From: Myxococcota bacterium
Lineage (GTDB): Bacteria > Myxococcota_A > SURF-8
Assembly: GCA_965140415.1 (NCBI GenBank)
Contig: OZ223209.1
Location: 1,664,001-1,728,000, forward strand
Direction: 5' to 3'
DNA length: 64,000 bases
In this document: positions 1 to 9,753 of the stretch, piece by piece
Position numbering within the stretch: position 1 is the stretch's first letter
Layout of the letters: the number at the start of each line of letters is the position of its first letter
Position numbers and translations under genes: made by a program
The notes under the pieces: model-generated
Told to the model about the DNA's origin: nothing
The model's database searches: none
Seen by the model: the letters and a program-made list of their open reading frames with translations, nothing else

Positions 1-1
1 T

Positions 2-1627
2 AATCCCGGTCAGGTGATCTGCTCGTCCAGCTATGGAGGCAGCGCTTATCAAGGGTCGGAGGAACTGTGCAACAATTTAGATGACGATTGCGATGGCTCC
101 ACCGATGAGGATTTTGGTATCAACCAGCCTTGTGATGGAGAAGGAGCTTGTGGCGCCGGTGTGCGCGAATGTCGCAACTACCTGGCTTGGCGTTGCTCTA
201 CCGACATTGGAGGCACCGATTATCCCGCCGTGCCACCCACCGAGTTGTGCAACGGCATCGACGATGATTGCGACGGCCAGACCGATGAAGGATTCGGTGT
301 TGGTGATTTTTGTGCCGGAGTCGGCATGTGTGACAACGGGGTAATTGAATGCGCCACAACGAACAGCGTGGTTTGTTCCACATTGCCGGGCGGTTCGGAG
401 TACCCGAATCAGGATGAGGTTTGTGACGGGGTCGATAATGACTGTGACGGCCAGACCGATGAACTCTGGCAGATTGGTCAGTTCTGTGAAGGGGCTGGTG
501 AATGCGGTTTGGGTGTGTGGGAGTGTGAAACCGGTTCTACGCGCGTCTGCTCCACCGATATCGGTGGTAGTCTGTATCCAAATCCTGCTCCCATCGAGTT
601 GTGCGATGAGCGCGATAACGATTGCGATGGAGAAACAGACGAAGATTACCTGATTGGAGAAGTTTGTCAGGGTTACGGAGTTTGCGATGATGGTATCTGG
701 GAATGTGATAGCTTGGTAAGCGCGCGCTGTTCCACCAATCAAGGAGGCAGCCAGTATCCGATACCATGGCCGCAGGAATTGTGTAATGGCATGGACGATG
801 ATTGCGACGGAGAAACTGACGAAGCATTTAATCTGCATCAAATGTGCGTTGGAGTTGGAGCCTGTGGTGAATATGAAGGTGAGATTGAATGTGCTGGTCT
901 TTACACAATTGTCTGTTCTACTGATATCGGCGGTAGCGACTATCCCGATCCGCCTCCGGTGGAATCCTGTAACAGCATCGACGACGATTGTGATGGTCAG
1001 ACCGATGAGGGATTTCTAGTTGGGCAAACCTGTGATGGCATCGGAGAATGTGGCCTGGGCGAGATTGAATGTGACGAACAGGGCGACGTGCGTTGCTCTT
1101 CTGATATCGGCGGCAGCGATTACAGTGCAGCAGAAGAAGTTTGCAACGGTGTGGATGATGATTGCGACGGCATAACCGATGAGAGCTGCAAGGCGTTGAT
1201 TTATCGTTTCGAGCGTGTGATCTCCGGTTCCGACCACGATCATCGTCTGGGTATCGGTACCGTACCTCCCGATGGCTTTACGCTGAATCCAAGTACACCG
1301 GTGTTCTCCTTATATCAGCAGGTGCGACCAAATACCGCCGAATTGGTGGAACTGATTAATTCTGCAACGAATGATAGCATTTACACCAGCAACTCGGCTG
1401 AGATTCTAAGCCTGACTTCCTCCGGTTGGAGTCAGAGCGGTAGCCTGGGGTATATTGGGACTGATCAGCAAATGCAAGGTGTTTTACCTTTGTACCGCTT
1501 ACAGAATAGTGCGCTAAGTGATCATGTTTACACGGCAAGCAGTGATGAATTAGCCCTATTCATGAATGAGGAAGGCTACGATCTTGAAGATGTAGCTGGC
1601 TATGTATGGGAAAGTTTTATTCCCTGA
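2..1627 (+). CDS. 5'-truncated Cys/Asp-rich repeat surface protein (MopE-related putative metal-binding repeats) with a C-terminal DUF5648-like domain
   Basis: The frame is open from the window edge (N-P-G-Q-V-I-C...). It has seven copies of E-x-C-[ND]-x-x-D-[DN]-D-C-D-G-x-T-D-E at ~57-62 aa spacing. The C-terminus has 'PLYRLQN...DHVYT...GYVW', resembling DUF5648-type repeats. Confidence 0.8.
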   Translation, partial: NPGQVICSSSYGGSAYQGSEELCNNLDDDCDGSTDEDFGINQPCDGEGACGAGVRECRNYLAWRCSTDIGGTDYPAVPPTELCNGIDDDCDGQTDEGFGVGDFCAGVGMCDNGVIECATTNSVVCSTLPGGSEYPNQDEVCDGVDNDCDGQTDELWQIGQFCEGAGECGLGVWECETGSTRVCSTDIGGSLYPNPAPIELCDERDNDCDGETDEDYLIGEVCQGYGVCDDGIWECDSLVSARCSTNQGGSQYPIPWPQELCNGMDDDCDGETDEAFNLHQMCVGVGACGEYEGEIECAGLYTIVCSTDIGGSDYPDPPPVESCNSIDDDCDGQTDEGFLVGQTCDGIGECGLGEIECDEQGDVRCSSDIGGSDYSAAEEVCNGVDDDCDGITDESCKALIYRFERVISGSDHDHRLGIGTVPPDGFTLNPSTPVFSLYQQVRPNTAELVELINSATNDSIYTSNSAEILSLTSSGWSQSGSLGYIGTDQQMQGVLPLYRLQNSALSDHVYTASSDELALFMNEEGYDLEDVAGYVWESFIP

Positions 1628-1649
1628 GCCATATCCTGTACCTGTCAGT

Positions 1650-1704
1650 AACCGGCACGAGAGATTGAGGAGTAGGTGACTCCTTTTTCGTGCCGGTTTT
1701 CCTT
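1650..1704 (+). terminator. Probable intrinsic terminator (nested hairpin)
   Basis: AACCGGCACGA (1650-1660) pairs with TCGTGCCGGTT (1688-1698); inner AGGAGT/ACTCCT stem; followed by TTCCTTT; lies just after the stop codon at 1627. Confidence 0.7.
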
Positions 1705-1847
1705 TGAAAATCTGTAGGTTGTGCAGGGGTAAGATACTTCTTGAGTTTTCAGGTGATTTTAGGTATAATACTTTTCAATTGATTCAGGAAAACTTTTTTA
1801 GTTGCCACTAATTTATATATAATTATAAGTCAAATAGAAAAAACTTC

Positions 1848-1877
1848 TTGACAGAGAGACCTTATTTAAAATAAAAT
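1848..1877 (+). promoter_or_regulatory. sigma70-like promoter for the HTH-pilM operon
   Basis: TTGACA (1848-1853), 18-nt spacer, TAAAAT (1872-1877), in an AT-rich intergenic region. Confidence 0.55.
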
Positions 1878-1924
1878 TCGAATTAACGGTGCATAGTTTC
1901 GTGGGTATTACGGAGACATTTCAT

Positions 1925-2191
1925 ATGAATAATGTCAAAAAGATTCGGAATCGAAAGCTTATGAGCAAAGCAGAGCTGGCTCGACGTTCCGGACTTTCTG
2001 TTTTAACGATCGATCGCGTGGAGAGTGGCAAGCAGTGTCGCCTGGATACCATGCGAAAAATCCTTTTAGGGCTCGGATTAGCGCTGGAAGACAAGGATCT
2101 TGTTTTCGGACCGGATGAACCCCTGCGAACGTCCTCTCGTGGAAAACGGGATTTCGGGATGAGCGAAGCGGAATCCCGGGACGGAATATAA
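1925..2191 (+). CDS. Small XRE-family helix-turn-helix protein upstream of pilM
   Basis: MNNVKKIRNRKLMSKAELARRSGLSVLTIDRVESG is an XRE HTH pattern. ATG 1925 follows GGAGA. This position before pilM is typical of deltaproteobacterial pil operons. Confidence 0.85.
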   Translation: MNNVKKIRNRKLMSKAELARRSGLSVLTIDRVESGKQCRLDTMRKILLGLGLALEDKDLVFGPDEPLRTSSRGKRDFGMSEAESRDGI

Positions 2192-2206
2192 GAGGAAGGA
2201 CCGGCA

Positions 2207-3262
2207 ATGGCCAAGGGACTTATCGGATTGGATATCGGCTCCAGCTCGATCAAGGTGATCAGTCTTCGAAAGAGCAAGAAAGGCTACGAGTTAACCAACT
2301 TCGGCATTGCGCCGCTGCCCCCGCAGACGATCGTAGATCGATCTCTGATGAATTCGGGTGCAGTGGTGGACGCCATCAGGCGGTTGATTCAATCTCAGAT
2401 GATCAAAACCAAAGACTGCGCTTTGTCGATCTCGGGACATTCCGTTATCATTAAAAAGATTTCGTTGCCGCAGATGACCAAATCTGAGCTGGACAATTCG
2501 CTGCAATGGGAAGCCGAGCAGTACATTCCCTTTGATATCAATGATGTGAATGTCGATGTGCAGATTCTGAACCCGACCGGTTCGGAGCCGGGGCAGATGG
2601 ATGTGCTGCTGGTAGCGGGCAAAAAGGATATGATTTACGACTACGCTGCGGTCGTCAGCGAAGCCGGGCTGAATCCGGTTGTCGTCGATGTTGACGCGTT
2701 TGCCGTTGAAAATGCTTTCGAGGCGAACTATACGGTTCCCCCCGATGAAACGATTGCCCTCATTAATATCGGAGCATCGGTCACGAACATCGTGGTGCTG
2801 GCCAATCGGCTTAACACCTTCACTCGTGATATTACAATCGGTGGTTTGCAGTTTACCGAAGAAATCCAAAAACAACTGAATTTGAGCTTCGAGGAAGCCG
2901 AAGACCTCAAACTGGGCGGCGAGCCTGGCGTGGATGCCGACTCTGTCATTCCCCAGGAGGTTGAACGGGTTATTCAGGAAGTGTCGGAAAATCTGGCTTC
3001 CGAAATCCGTCGGTCCCTGGAGTTTTTCTCTGCAACGAATCAGGACAGCGACATTTCCAAGATTTACCTTTGCGGAGGAACCTCGAAGATCTCCACCCTT
3101 CACAAAATTCTGGAAAGCCGAACCGGTATCGAGGTGGAAACGTTCGATCCCTTCCGAAATATTCGTATTAACGAAAAGATTTTCGATATCGGGTTTATCC
3201 GGAACGTCGCCCCAATGGCCGCTGTGGCTGTTGGACTAGGGTTGCGGAGGTTTGACACCTAA
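2207..3262 (+). CDS. pilM: Type IV pilus assembly protein PilM
   Basis: Actin-like GLDIGSSSIK motif, 'WEAEQYIPFDINDV', 'AVAVGLGLR'; first gene of pilMNOPQ. Confidence 0.97.
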   Translation: MAKGLIGLDIGSSSIKVISLRKSKKGYELTNFGIAPLPPQTIVDRSLMNSGAVVDAIRRLIQSQMIKTKDCALSISGHSVIIKKISLPQMTKSELDNSLQWEAEQYIPFDINDVNVDVQILNPTGSEPGQMDVLLVAGKKDMIYDYAAVVSEAGLNPVVVDVDAFAVENAFEANYTVPPDETIALINIGASVTNIVVLANRLNTFTRDITIGGLQFTEEIQKQLNLSFEEAEDLKLGGEPGVDADSVIPQEVERVIQEVSENLASEIRRSLEFFSATNQDSDISKIYLCGGTSKISTLHKILESRTGIEVETFDPFRNIRINEKIFDIGFIRNVAPMAAVAVGLGLRRFDT

Positions 3263-3816
3263 TGATTCGGATTAACTTACTACCAGTCAAACAGGCGAAG
3301 AAGCGTGGCGTTGGTCAGCAGCAATTGATTCTGTTCGCCATCATTCTGATCGGCATCGGGTTGCTGCTCTATTCCGTCAACCAGTCGGAAGAAGCGACCG
3401 TTACGCAACTTCAGGATCGACAAAAAGACATCAAAGCCGAGATGGATCGCCTTGAAGAATTGATTGGCGACATCAACGTCATTCAGAAAAAGAAAGAAGA
3501 CCTGCGCAAGAAACTGTCGGTCATCGACTTGTTGCGTAAGGGAAAAACCGGTCCTGTGCGCATCCTGGATGAACTAAGCACCATCATTCCCAAAAAGGTG
3601 TGGCTGGTCTCTTTGGCGGAAGGAACCAATCGCCTGATGATGAAGGGATTTGCGACGGACAACAAGGAAATCGCGGTTTTCATGAAAAACCTTGAAGCTT
3701 CGCCGTTCTTTTCCGATGTTACATTGCAGACGATTATACAGGCGCCAGATAGGGAGTACGCTATTCCGGTGATGAGTTTTTCCTTAAATTGTGTCTACCA
3801 TTTACCGAAATCCTAA
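3262..3816 (+). CDS. pilN: Type IV pilus assembly protein PilN
   Basis: Diagnostic N-terminal MIRINLLP, one TM segment, coiled coil, 'P-x-x-VWL'. Confidence 0.96.
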   Translation: MIRINLLPVKQAKKRGVGQQQLILFAIILIGIGLLLYSVNQSEEATVTQLQDRQKDIKAEMDRLEELIGDINVIQKKKEDLRKKLSVIDLLRKGKTGPVRILDELSTIIPKKVWLVSLAEGTNRLMMKGFATDNKEIAVFMKNLEASPFFSDVTLQTIIQAPDREYAIPVMSFSLNCVYHLPKS

Positions 3817-3829
3817 GTAGGACAGAACA

Positions 3830-4456
3830 ATGGATGCCTTTTTCGATAAATTCGCAAAGATACCCATCTTCCAGAAAGTGCTGGGTTTCGTCCTCGTCTG
3901 TCTGTTGGTCATCGGACTATATTACTTCTTCGTCCACAGTGCGCAGAAGCAACAGCAAGAGGAAATCCGAAATAGCATCATTTCGCTGGAAGCGAGCCTT
4001 GAAGAGAAGAAGAAGATGGTTGGCGATCTTTCCCAATATAAGCGGGAAGTGGAAAAGCTGAACCAGGATCTTCAGAAAGCCTTGAAATTACTGCCTAATA
4101 GCAGTGAAATTCCCTCCTTGCTGCAAAAGGTTTCTTCGTTGGCCAAAAAAGCTGGGTTGGACATTTTGAGCTTCCAGCCAAAACCCGAAATTCCGCAGGA
4201 CTTCTATGCGCGAGTTCCGGTATCGCTGAAATTGAGCGGCAGTTACAACGAACTGACGAACTTCTTCGATGCTGTTGGCAAACTGTCACGTATCGTGAAT
4301 ATCAGCAATTTCTCTTTTGGGTCGGAAGAAGGCGGAAGGAACGCAAACAAGCAGGCGAAGAAGGTGCTTTCCGCCGAGTGCATCGCCACGACCTATCGTT
4401 TCATCCCCCCCTCTAAACCGGCGGGAACCGATGCACAAACGAAGGGGAAAAAATGA
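3830..4456 (+). CDS. pilO: Type IV pilus assembly protein PilO
   Basis: N-terminal TM, coiled coil, 'LLPNSSEIPSLL', 'G-S-Y-N-E-L-x-x-FF...KLSRIVNI'. Confidence 0.96.
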   Translation: MDAFFDKFAKIPIFQKVLGFVLVCLLVIGLYYFFVHSAQKQQQEEIRNSIISLEASLEEKKKMVGDLSQYKREVEKLNQDLQKALKLLPNSSEIPSLLQKVSSLAKKAGLDILSFQPKPEIPQDFYARVPVSLKLSGSYNELTNFFDAVGKLSRIVNISNFSFGSEEGGRNANKQAKKVLSAECIATTYRFIPPSKPAGTDAQTKGKK

Positions 4457-5115
4457 TGGCTGGGCGCTGGATTAAAAGAAAAATTCGCATTGGTAAAGCG
4501 CTGCCACTTGCCGCTGTGGTCCTGATTGTGCTTGCCATGCTGGCCGCTTGCGGCAGCGACATTACAGTTAGTAAGAGTACGAAGAAAAAAGCTCCGGAAG
4601 CGCGTAGTGCACAAGAAACTGTAGCCGCAGTTGCTCCGGCAGCGAAAGTTGAGAAGGATTACGTTTACACCAGTATCGGTAAGCGTGATCCGTTCCGATC
4701 CATCTTCGACGAAACCGGTGGTGAGGCGACGATGGATGCAGTCGAGACGATTTTGAGTCCGCTGCAGAACTACGACATCACTTCCTTTACGGTAACCGCT
4801 ATCCTTTGGGGAATTCCATCGCCTTCGGCAATGGTGGTTGCTCCGGATAGTAAGACCTATACCGTCAAACAGGGAACGCTGATTGGACGTAATTGGGGAC
4901 GAGTAGTCAAGATCAAGCGTGATGGCATCGTGGTGTTGGAACAGACGCGGATGCCGAACGGACAGAAGATCACCAACACGATCACATTGAAACTGCCGGT
5001 TAAAACCATCTCTGCAAAAGGGGTGGAATTCGGTGGGGGTTTGAATTTGGACGAAGCCCTGGAAGAAACTCAGGATAGTATTATCGAAGACCTGAGTGGC
5101 TCGAGGGGTCGATAA
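4453..5115 (+). CDS. pilP: Type IV pilus lipoprotein PilP
   Basis: Lipobox LAAC, 'KRDPFRS', 'SPLQNYDI', 'G-T-L-I-G-R-N-W-G-R-V'; ATGA overlap with pilO. Confidence 0.95.
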   Translation: MMAGRWIKRKIRIGKALPLAAVVLIVLAMLAACGSDITVSKSTKKKAPEARSAQETVAAVAPAAKVEKDYVYTSIGKRDPFRSIFDETGGEATMDAVETILSPLQNYDITSFTVTAILWGIPSPSAMVVAPDSKTYTVKQGTLIGRNWGRVVKIKRDGIVVLEQTRMPNGQKITNTITLKLPVKTISAKGVEFGGGLNLDEALEETQDSIIEDLSGSRGR

Positions 5116-5188
5116 GGTGGATGGAAAACAAACGCCAATGAAACGATTTGACATTGCCATGCAGATCCTGCCCTTTAAGGAGAGACAG

Positions 5189-7990
5189 ATGATGTCACTC
5201 ACCAGAATTGCACTGCTGTTCGTGCTGGCCATTTGGCTAACAGCATGCGCGAGCCAGTCCGAGGGATTGTCTCCCGATGAACAGGCCGCTCTTCAACCCT
5301 CAGTCAACGAGTTGACCGCCTTGAATGTTTCCGTTCAGGACGGCAGGACCGACCTGATGATTGAGAGTGTCGACAAACCGATCTATAGCGTGTTCCGGAT
5401 GAGCGATCCGCAACGATTGGTCGTCGATTTCGACAATGCCGTAGTGAAGGAAATTCCTTCGATCACGGAAGTCAACGATGGTCTCCTGACGCTGATCAGT
5501 ACAAATCAGTTCAAAGAGGGAGACAAATCAGTCACGCGCGTGATGATCGGGTTCGCACAGGATGCTGAATTCTCCGTGAGCGAGCAGCTCAATGGTGTGA
5601 CCTTACATCTGGTTCATCCGGAAGGATATGCTGCTGAGGCGGTGACAGAAGAGCCTGTCATTGCGGAAGCGGCTCCGGTCGTTGAGCAAAGCGTTATTGA
5701 AGAAGCTCCTGTTGTAGAGCCGGCTGTTCAGCCTGTAGTACCGGTTGCATGCAATCCGGATCAACCGGTCATTGAAATGGCTTATGATGGTGTCATCTCT
5801 AAGGGCAAGCTTACTTCGGTTACGTTGACGACCAAAGAGAATGGCGTTCAATTGAAGGCAAATGTCCGGGGTTCGGTAAAAGATGGTAGCATTGAGGTGA
5901 TGAGACTCTGTGAGCCAGACCGAATCGTCGTCGATTTGTATGGAATTAAAAATGGCATTAAATCCCGTAAGGTGGCCGGTGACGGCGAATACATCAGTGG
6001 GGTTCGCGTAGGCAGTCATCGCGACAAGCTACGTTTGGTTCTTGATTTGAAACGTGATTTACAGGAACTCAATATCGATACCGGTAAGGCTGGTCTGATC
6101 CTGGCGCTGGACGAGGTCGTACCGCAGGCCGTCACGGTTGCCAAGGTTGAGCAGACCGAACCTGCCGCTATCGAGGAAAAATTAGAGGTCCAGACTGCTA
6201 AAGAAGAACAAGCAGCAACAGTTTCCGAAGAAGGAACGAAAGTCGTTGCGCTGGACTTCAAACATCGTACAACCGGTTCTACAATTGAGATTCGTACAAC
6301 CGGCAACACGGATTATCGCTTGGTTGAAACAGCGGATGATCAGGTCGTACTGGAACTTCCCGGTGCGCTTTTGCCGGAACAGTTGGAGCAGAGCCTGGAT
6401 ACCAGCGAATTCAACGGACCGGTTTCCCTGGTTAGCTCTTATGTGGCGGACCCCGAAAGTAAGCTGGTCAAAATCGTGGCTCAGACTCGGTATGCCTCTC
6501 CGAATTCGGTAACGGTGAAAGATAACGTAATTCGCTGGAACTTCGAAGCTTCTCAGAGCATGGCTGCAAGCGAAGGCGAAGGTCGTATCCGCTTGGCGGA
6601 AAACGGAGAGACGGTAATCGAATACGAACCGGCTGAAAGCGCCGGTATGCAGCAGACTCTGGCGCCTGTGGCGGGTGCCGCCACTGCGGCTCAACCTGCG
6701 GGTCAACGGATATCACTGGAATTGAAGAACACCGATATTCTGGATGTGTTACGTCTGATCGCAGACGTCAGCAAACTGAACATCATCACTTCGGATAACG
6801 TGAGTGGTGCCGTGACCGTTCGACTGCTCAATGTTCCATGGCAGCAGGCTCTGGATATTATTCTGCGCTCGAAAGGATTGGGCAAGGAACGGCAGGGTAA
6901 CATTATCCGCGTGGCTCCGCTGGATGTCTTGCAGCGCGAACGCGAAATGCGCATCAATCAGATGAAGGCGCAACGCGAGTTGGAACCGCTGTCGGTTCGT
7001 TTGATCCCGATCAGCTATGCAGAAGCAGGAAGCCTGATTCCGCAAATCAAGGATCTGCTTTCCAATCGCGGTACTGTTAACTTCGATCAGCGCACGAACG
7101 TTATCATCGTGAAAGACATCGACGAAGTGTTGAGCAAGGCCGAGTCGATGGTTTCCAAGTTGGATTTACAGACTCCTCAGGTCATGATTGAAGCCAAGAT
7201 TGTGGAAGCTGATATCACCAACGAAGACGCATTCGGTATTCAGTGGGGTGGTTTTTACCAGGCTAGTGAAGCCACGGGTAATCCTACAGGATTGGCTTTC
7301 CCTTACAACCTGGGTGTGACCGGTTCGCAGAATCCATCGTTGTTGTCCACTCCGGGTGTGGCAAGCACCACATCGCCGCCTGATTGGGTTGTCAATACGC
7401 CGACTACCACAGCCCCGGCTGCTGGTCTTGGATTTACGTTCGGTAGCGTTCGCAATGCCGCCAATCTGACTCTTCGTCTGACGGCTGCTGCCAGTGCTGG
7501 TAAGATTCGCATCATCTCTTCGCCGCGTATTTCGACCTTGGACAATACAGAGGCGACCATCGAACAGGGTTTGCGAATTCCAATTCTGTCCATCAGCATC
7601 TCTGGTGTGCCGGTCTCAAAGATGATCCTAGCCAAGTTGCAGTTAACTGTAACACCGCATATCACAGCGGATGGCAGCATCATCATGAAACTCAACATTC
7701 TGAAAGAAGAGCCGGATTTCTCGCGTACAAACTCGTTGGGCGATCCTGCGATCATTACCAAAAAAGCTAAGACCGAAGTGTTGGTTCGTACAGGTGAAAC
7801 TACGGTTATCGGTGGTATCTACACTAAGAAGACGACCGAAAAAGACATCGGTGTGCCGTTGCTTTACAAGATCCCGATTCTTGGATGGCTTTTCAAGAGT
7901 CACACCGAAACGGAACAGAAGACGGAATTGTTGATTTTCGTGACACCACGTATTATCAATCGAAGCCAGTCCTCTCTTGTCGCGGACTAG
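5189..7990 (+). CDS. pilQ: Type IV pilus secretin PilQ with several N-terminal AMIN domains and a lipoprotein-type signal
   Basis: Start after AAGGAG RBS (MMSLTRI...LTAC). AMIN-like 'P-x-R-[LI]VVD' repeats; N0 domain 'ISLELKNTDILDVLRLIA'; secretin motifs 'QVMIEAKIVE', 'GVPLLYKIPILGWLFK', 'ELLIFVTPRII'. Confidence 0.97.
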   Translation: MMSLTRIALLFVLAIWLTACASQSEGLSPDEQAALQPSVNELTALNVSVQDGRTDLMIESVDKPIYSVFRMSDPQRLVVDFDNAVVKEIPSITEVNDGLLTLISTNQFKEGDKSVTRVMIGFAQDAEFSVSEQLNGVTLHLVHPEGYAAEAVTEEPVIAEAAPVVEQSVIEEAPVVEPAVQPVVPVACNPDQPVIEMAYDGVISKGKLTSVTLTTKENGVQLKANVRGSVKDGSIEVMRLCEPDRIVVDLYGIKNGIKSRKVAGDGEYISGVRVGSHRDKLRLVLDLKRDLQELNIDTGKAGLILALDEVVPQAVTVAKVEQTEPAAIEEKLEVQTAKEEQAATVSEEGTKVVALDFKHRTTGSTIEIRTTGNTDYRLVETADDQVVLELPGALLPEQLEQSLDTSEFNGPVSLVSSYVADPESKLVKIVAQTRYASPNSVTVKDNVIRWNFEASQSMAASEGEGRIRLAENGETVIEYEPAESAGMQQTLAPVAGAATAAQPAGQRISLELKNTDILDVLRLIADVSKLNIITSDNVSGAVTVRLLNVPWQQALDIILRSKGLGKERQGNIIRVAPLDVLQREREMRINQMKAQRELEPLSVRLIPISYAEAGSLIPQIKDLLSNRGTVNFDQRTNVIIVKDIDEVLSKAESMVSKLDLQTPQVMIEAKIVEADITNEDAFGIQWGGFYQASEATGNPTGLAFPYNLGVTGSQNPSLLSTPGVASTTSPPDWVVNTPTTTAPAAGLGFTFGSVRNAANLTLRLTAAASAGKIRIISSPRISTLDNTEATIEQGLRIPILSISISGVPVSKMILAKLQLTVTPHITADGSIIMKLNILKEEPDFSRTNSLGDPAIITKKAKTEVLVRTGETTVIGGIYTKKTTEKDIGVPLLYKIPILGWLFKSHTETEQKTELLIFVTPRIINRSQSSLVAD

Positions 7991-8035
7991 TTGTCGGTCG
8001 ACGAAAGACAGCCTTTGGCTTGGTTGGAGGAACCC

Positions 8036-9163
8036 ATGAAGAATTGGAAGCTGATCATACTCGTTCTGATTTTCGCAACCAGCGCAGCCTGCACGGTTGA
8101 CGAGAACTCGGGTCTGCTTATCAGGGGATTTCTTGCCTGCGGGGAAGAGGAATACCCTAAAGAAGGCCAGGATGCAAAGTATCAAACCGGTGGTGTTTAC
8201 GACTTGCTCGTAGCGAAATATTACATCCCCTACGATGGATATCTAGCTCGAATCGCCGTCGAGAATACACGCATGGAGAGCCTGAACGAGGATTCTCTTG
8301 CGGGCGAAGGAAACATGATTTACCTGAGCCACTACGAAGTCAAGTTCGAGTTCCCGACTGACTGGGAAGTGGACTTGAATCCGAGTACGCCGGAAATGGA
8401 TGATACCATCCGTATTTCCACCCAGCAAGGTATGGCTCCGGAAGCGCAGTTATTGGACACTGTTTATCTAATCCCGGAAAGCGTACGCCAGGTTCTGGAA
8501 GAATATTACATCAACAATGCGTACAAATCAGTTAAGGAAATCGCGTTGGATAGACCCGATGCAGCCAGAGTGGCTTGCACGGCAGATACTGCTGCGGATA
8601 TCTGCGATGGCTACCCCTGTATCGGTGGATTCTGTTCCAATGCCTGTACGCTGGTTACGGGTTGTGCAGATGGTTTCATGTGCGATTTGGGTGCGGGTGA
8701 TTTCGGCTATTGTAGAAGGGCTTGTGAAGCAGGTGTGAACGATTGTAAGCAAGCTGGTGATCTATTGGATTACGAATGCGTCAAGGGTATGTGTGTGCCG
8801 TCCAATACAACGGTCAACCCGCATCTTCCGGAAGACATTATTTTGAAAATAACGGCTGTTGCCAAAGACGCCGCTGATCTTACGATTCGGTCTAACACTG
8901 TGCAGTATCGGTTGAAGGTTTGTCGCTCCTGTTCATTGGAATTCAACGCCTGCGCTTGTTTCCGTACTCCTATTGGCGACGGAAGCGCTCAGGAAGAATG
9001 GACGACCTACCTTTCCACATTGGAGTATACGGAAGGTGTATGTGGAGATACTATGGTGATGCAAGATCGCGACATCGAATGTGCTTACCTGAGGGATTGT
9101 TATGATTGGTACTGTGCAGACATCATTACGGATGCTGCTGCTCGATTGGCTTGTGGATATTAG
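8036..9163 (+). CDS. Cys-rich lipoprotein of unknown function, last gene of the pil operon
   Basis: GGAGG RBS then ATG 8036; signal MKNWKLIILVLIFATSAA-C; internal Cys-rich segment and Cys-rich C-terminus. Confidence 0.8.
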   Translation: MKNWKLIILVLIFATSAACTVDENSGLLIRGFLACGEEEYPKEGQDAKYQTGGVYDLLVAKYYIPYDGYLARIAVENTRMESLNEDSLAGEGNMIYLSHYEVKFEFPTDWEVDLNPSTPEMDDTIRISTQQGMAPEAQLLDTVYLIPESVRQVLEEYYINNAYKSVKEIALDRPDAARVACTADTAADICDGYPCIGGFCSNACTLVTGCADGFMCDLGAGDFGYCRRACEAGVNDCKQAGDLLDYECVKGMCVPSNTTVNPHLPEDIILKITAVAKDAADLTIRSNTVQYRLKVCRSCSLEFNACACFRTPIGDGSAQEEWTTYLSTLEYTEGVCGDTMVMQDRDIECAYLRDCYDWYCADIITDAAARLACGY

Positions 9164-9182
9164 CCTAACGCGCTTTTGCGAT

Positions 9183-9212
9183 AAAGGCGGGGTTTTTCCC
9201 CGCCTTTTTCTA
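9183..9212 (+). terminator. Intrinsic terminator closing the pil operon
   Basis: AAAGGCGGGG-TTTTT-CCCCGCCTTT followed by TTCT. Confidence 0.85.
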
Positions 9213-9303
9213 TGTTCAGCTAAAATGTTGAATTGCTTGACGTGTTACCTTATGTTGGATACAAATAAGGCTGATTCTTTGCTTGGGGTATAGTGGTCGC
9301 GTA

Positions 9304-9753
9304 ATGAAGGATTCGATTCAGACAATTACTCTCGCGGAGCTATATCTTGCACAAGGACATCCGCGAAGAGCGGATGCAGTTGCACGGAAGTTGCTGGAAA
9401 AACAACCTGGCGATGTACGCGTGTTGGCCTTGATTGAACGTATCGCGAAGTATAGTGAAACAGAGGCAAATTCTGAAGAAAGTCCGGTGCGTCGCGAAGA
9501 AGAACAATCGTTACGATTCGATTGGCAAGCGTTTACTCCTGTTGAGCAGAAGAAAAAGGAAGTTTCAAGACAGGAGAATAATATAGAGGCTCAGGTCGGA
9601 CAAGAGACACGTAAAGTGGTCCAAGAGGAACCAGCCACGCTTCGAGAACGTGCAGTTGATCTAGGGACAGAAGTAGTCGAGCGATTGGCAAGTCATGCCG
9701 GTGACCGGCTAAGCAGGATGCTGGATCGAATTCGCGAGAGGAGACGTCGGTGA
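9304..9753 (+). CDS. Short TPR-like protein
   Basis: 'TITLAELYLAQGHPRRADAVARKLLEKQPGD' is a single TPR-like motif; GTGA overlap with the next gene. Confidence 0.75.
   Translation: MKDSIQTITLAELYLAQGHPRRADAVARKLLEKQPGDVRVLALIERIAKYSETEANSEESPVRREEEQSLRFDWQAFTPVEQKKKEVSRQENNIEAQVGQETRKVVQEEPATLRERAVDLGTEVVERLASHAGDRLSRMLDRIRERRRR

Noticed and set aside
2-1200. Recurring GACGATGATTGCGACGG-like nucleotide repeats as a possible CRISPR array
   Set aside because: The repeats are in-frame codons of the DDDCDG protein repeat, vary at third positions and have a ~175-nt period; no cas genes.
5096-5188. ORF-track upstream starts for pilQ (also 7991, 23867, 30108, 32852, 56371 for other genes)
   Set aside because: Downstream starts have clear RBSs and give proper signal peptides or family-typical N-termini.
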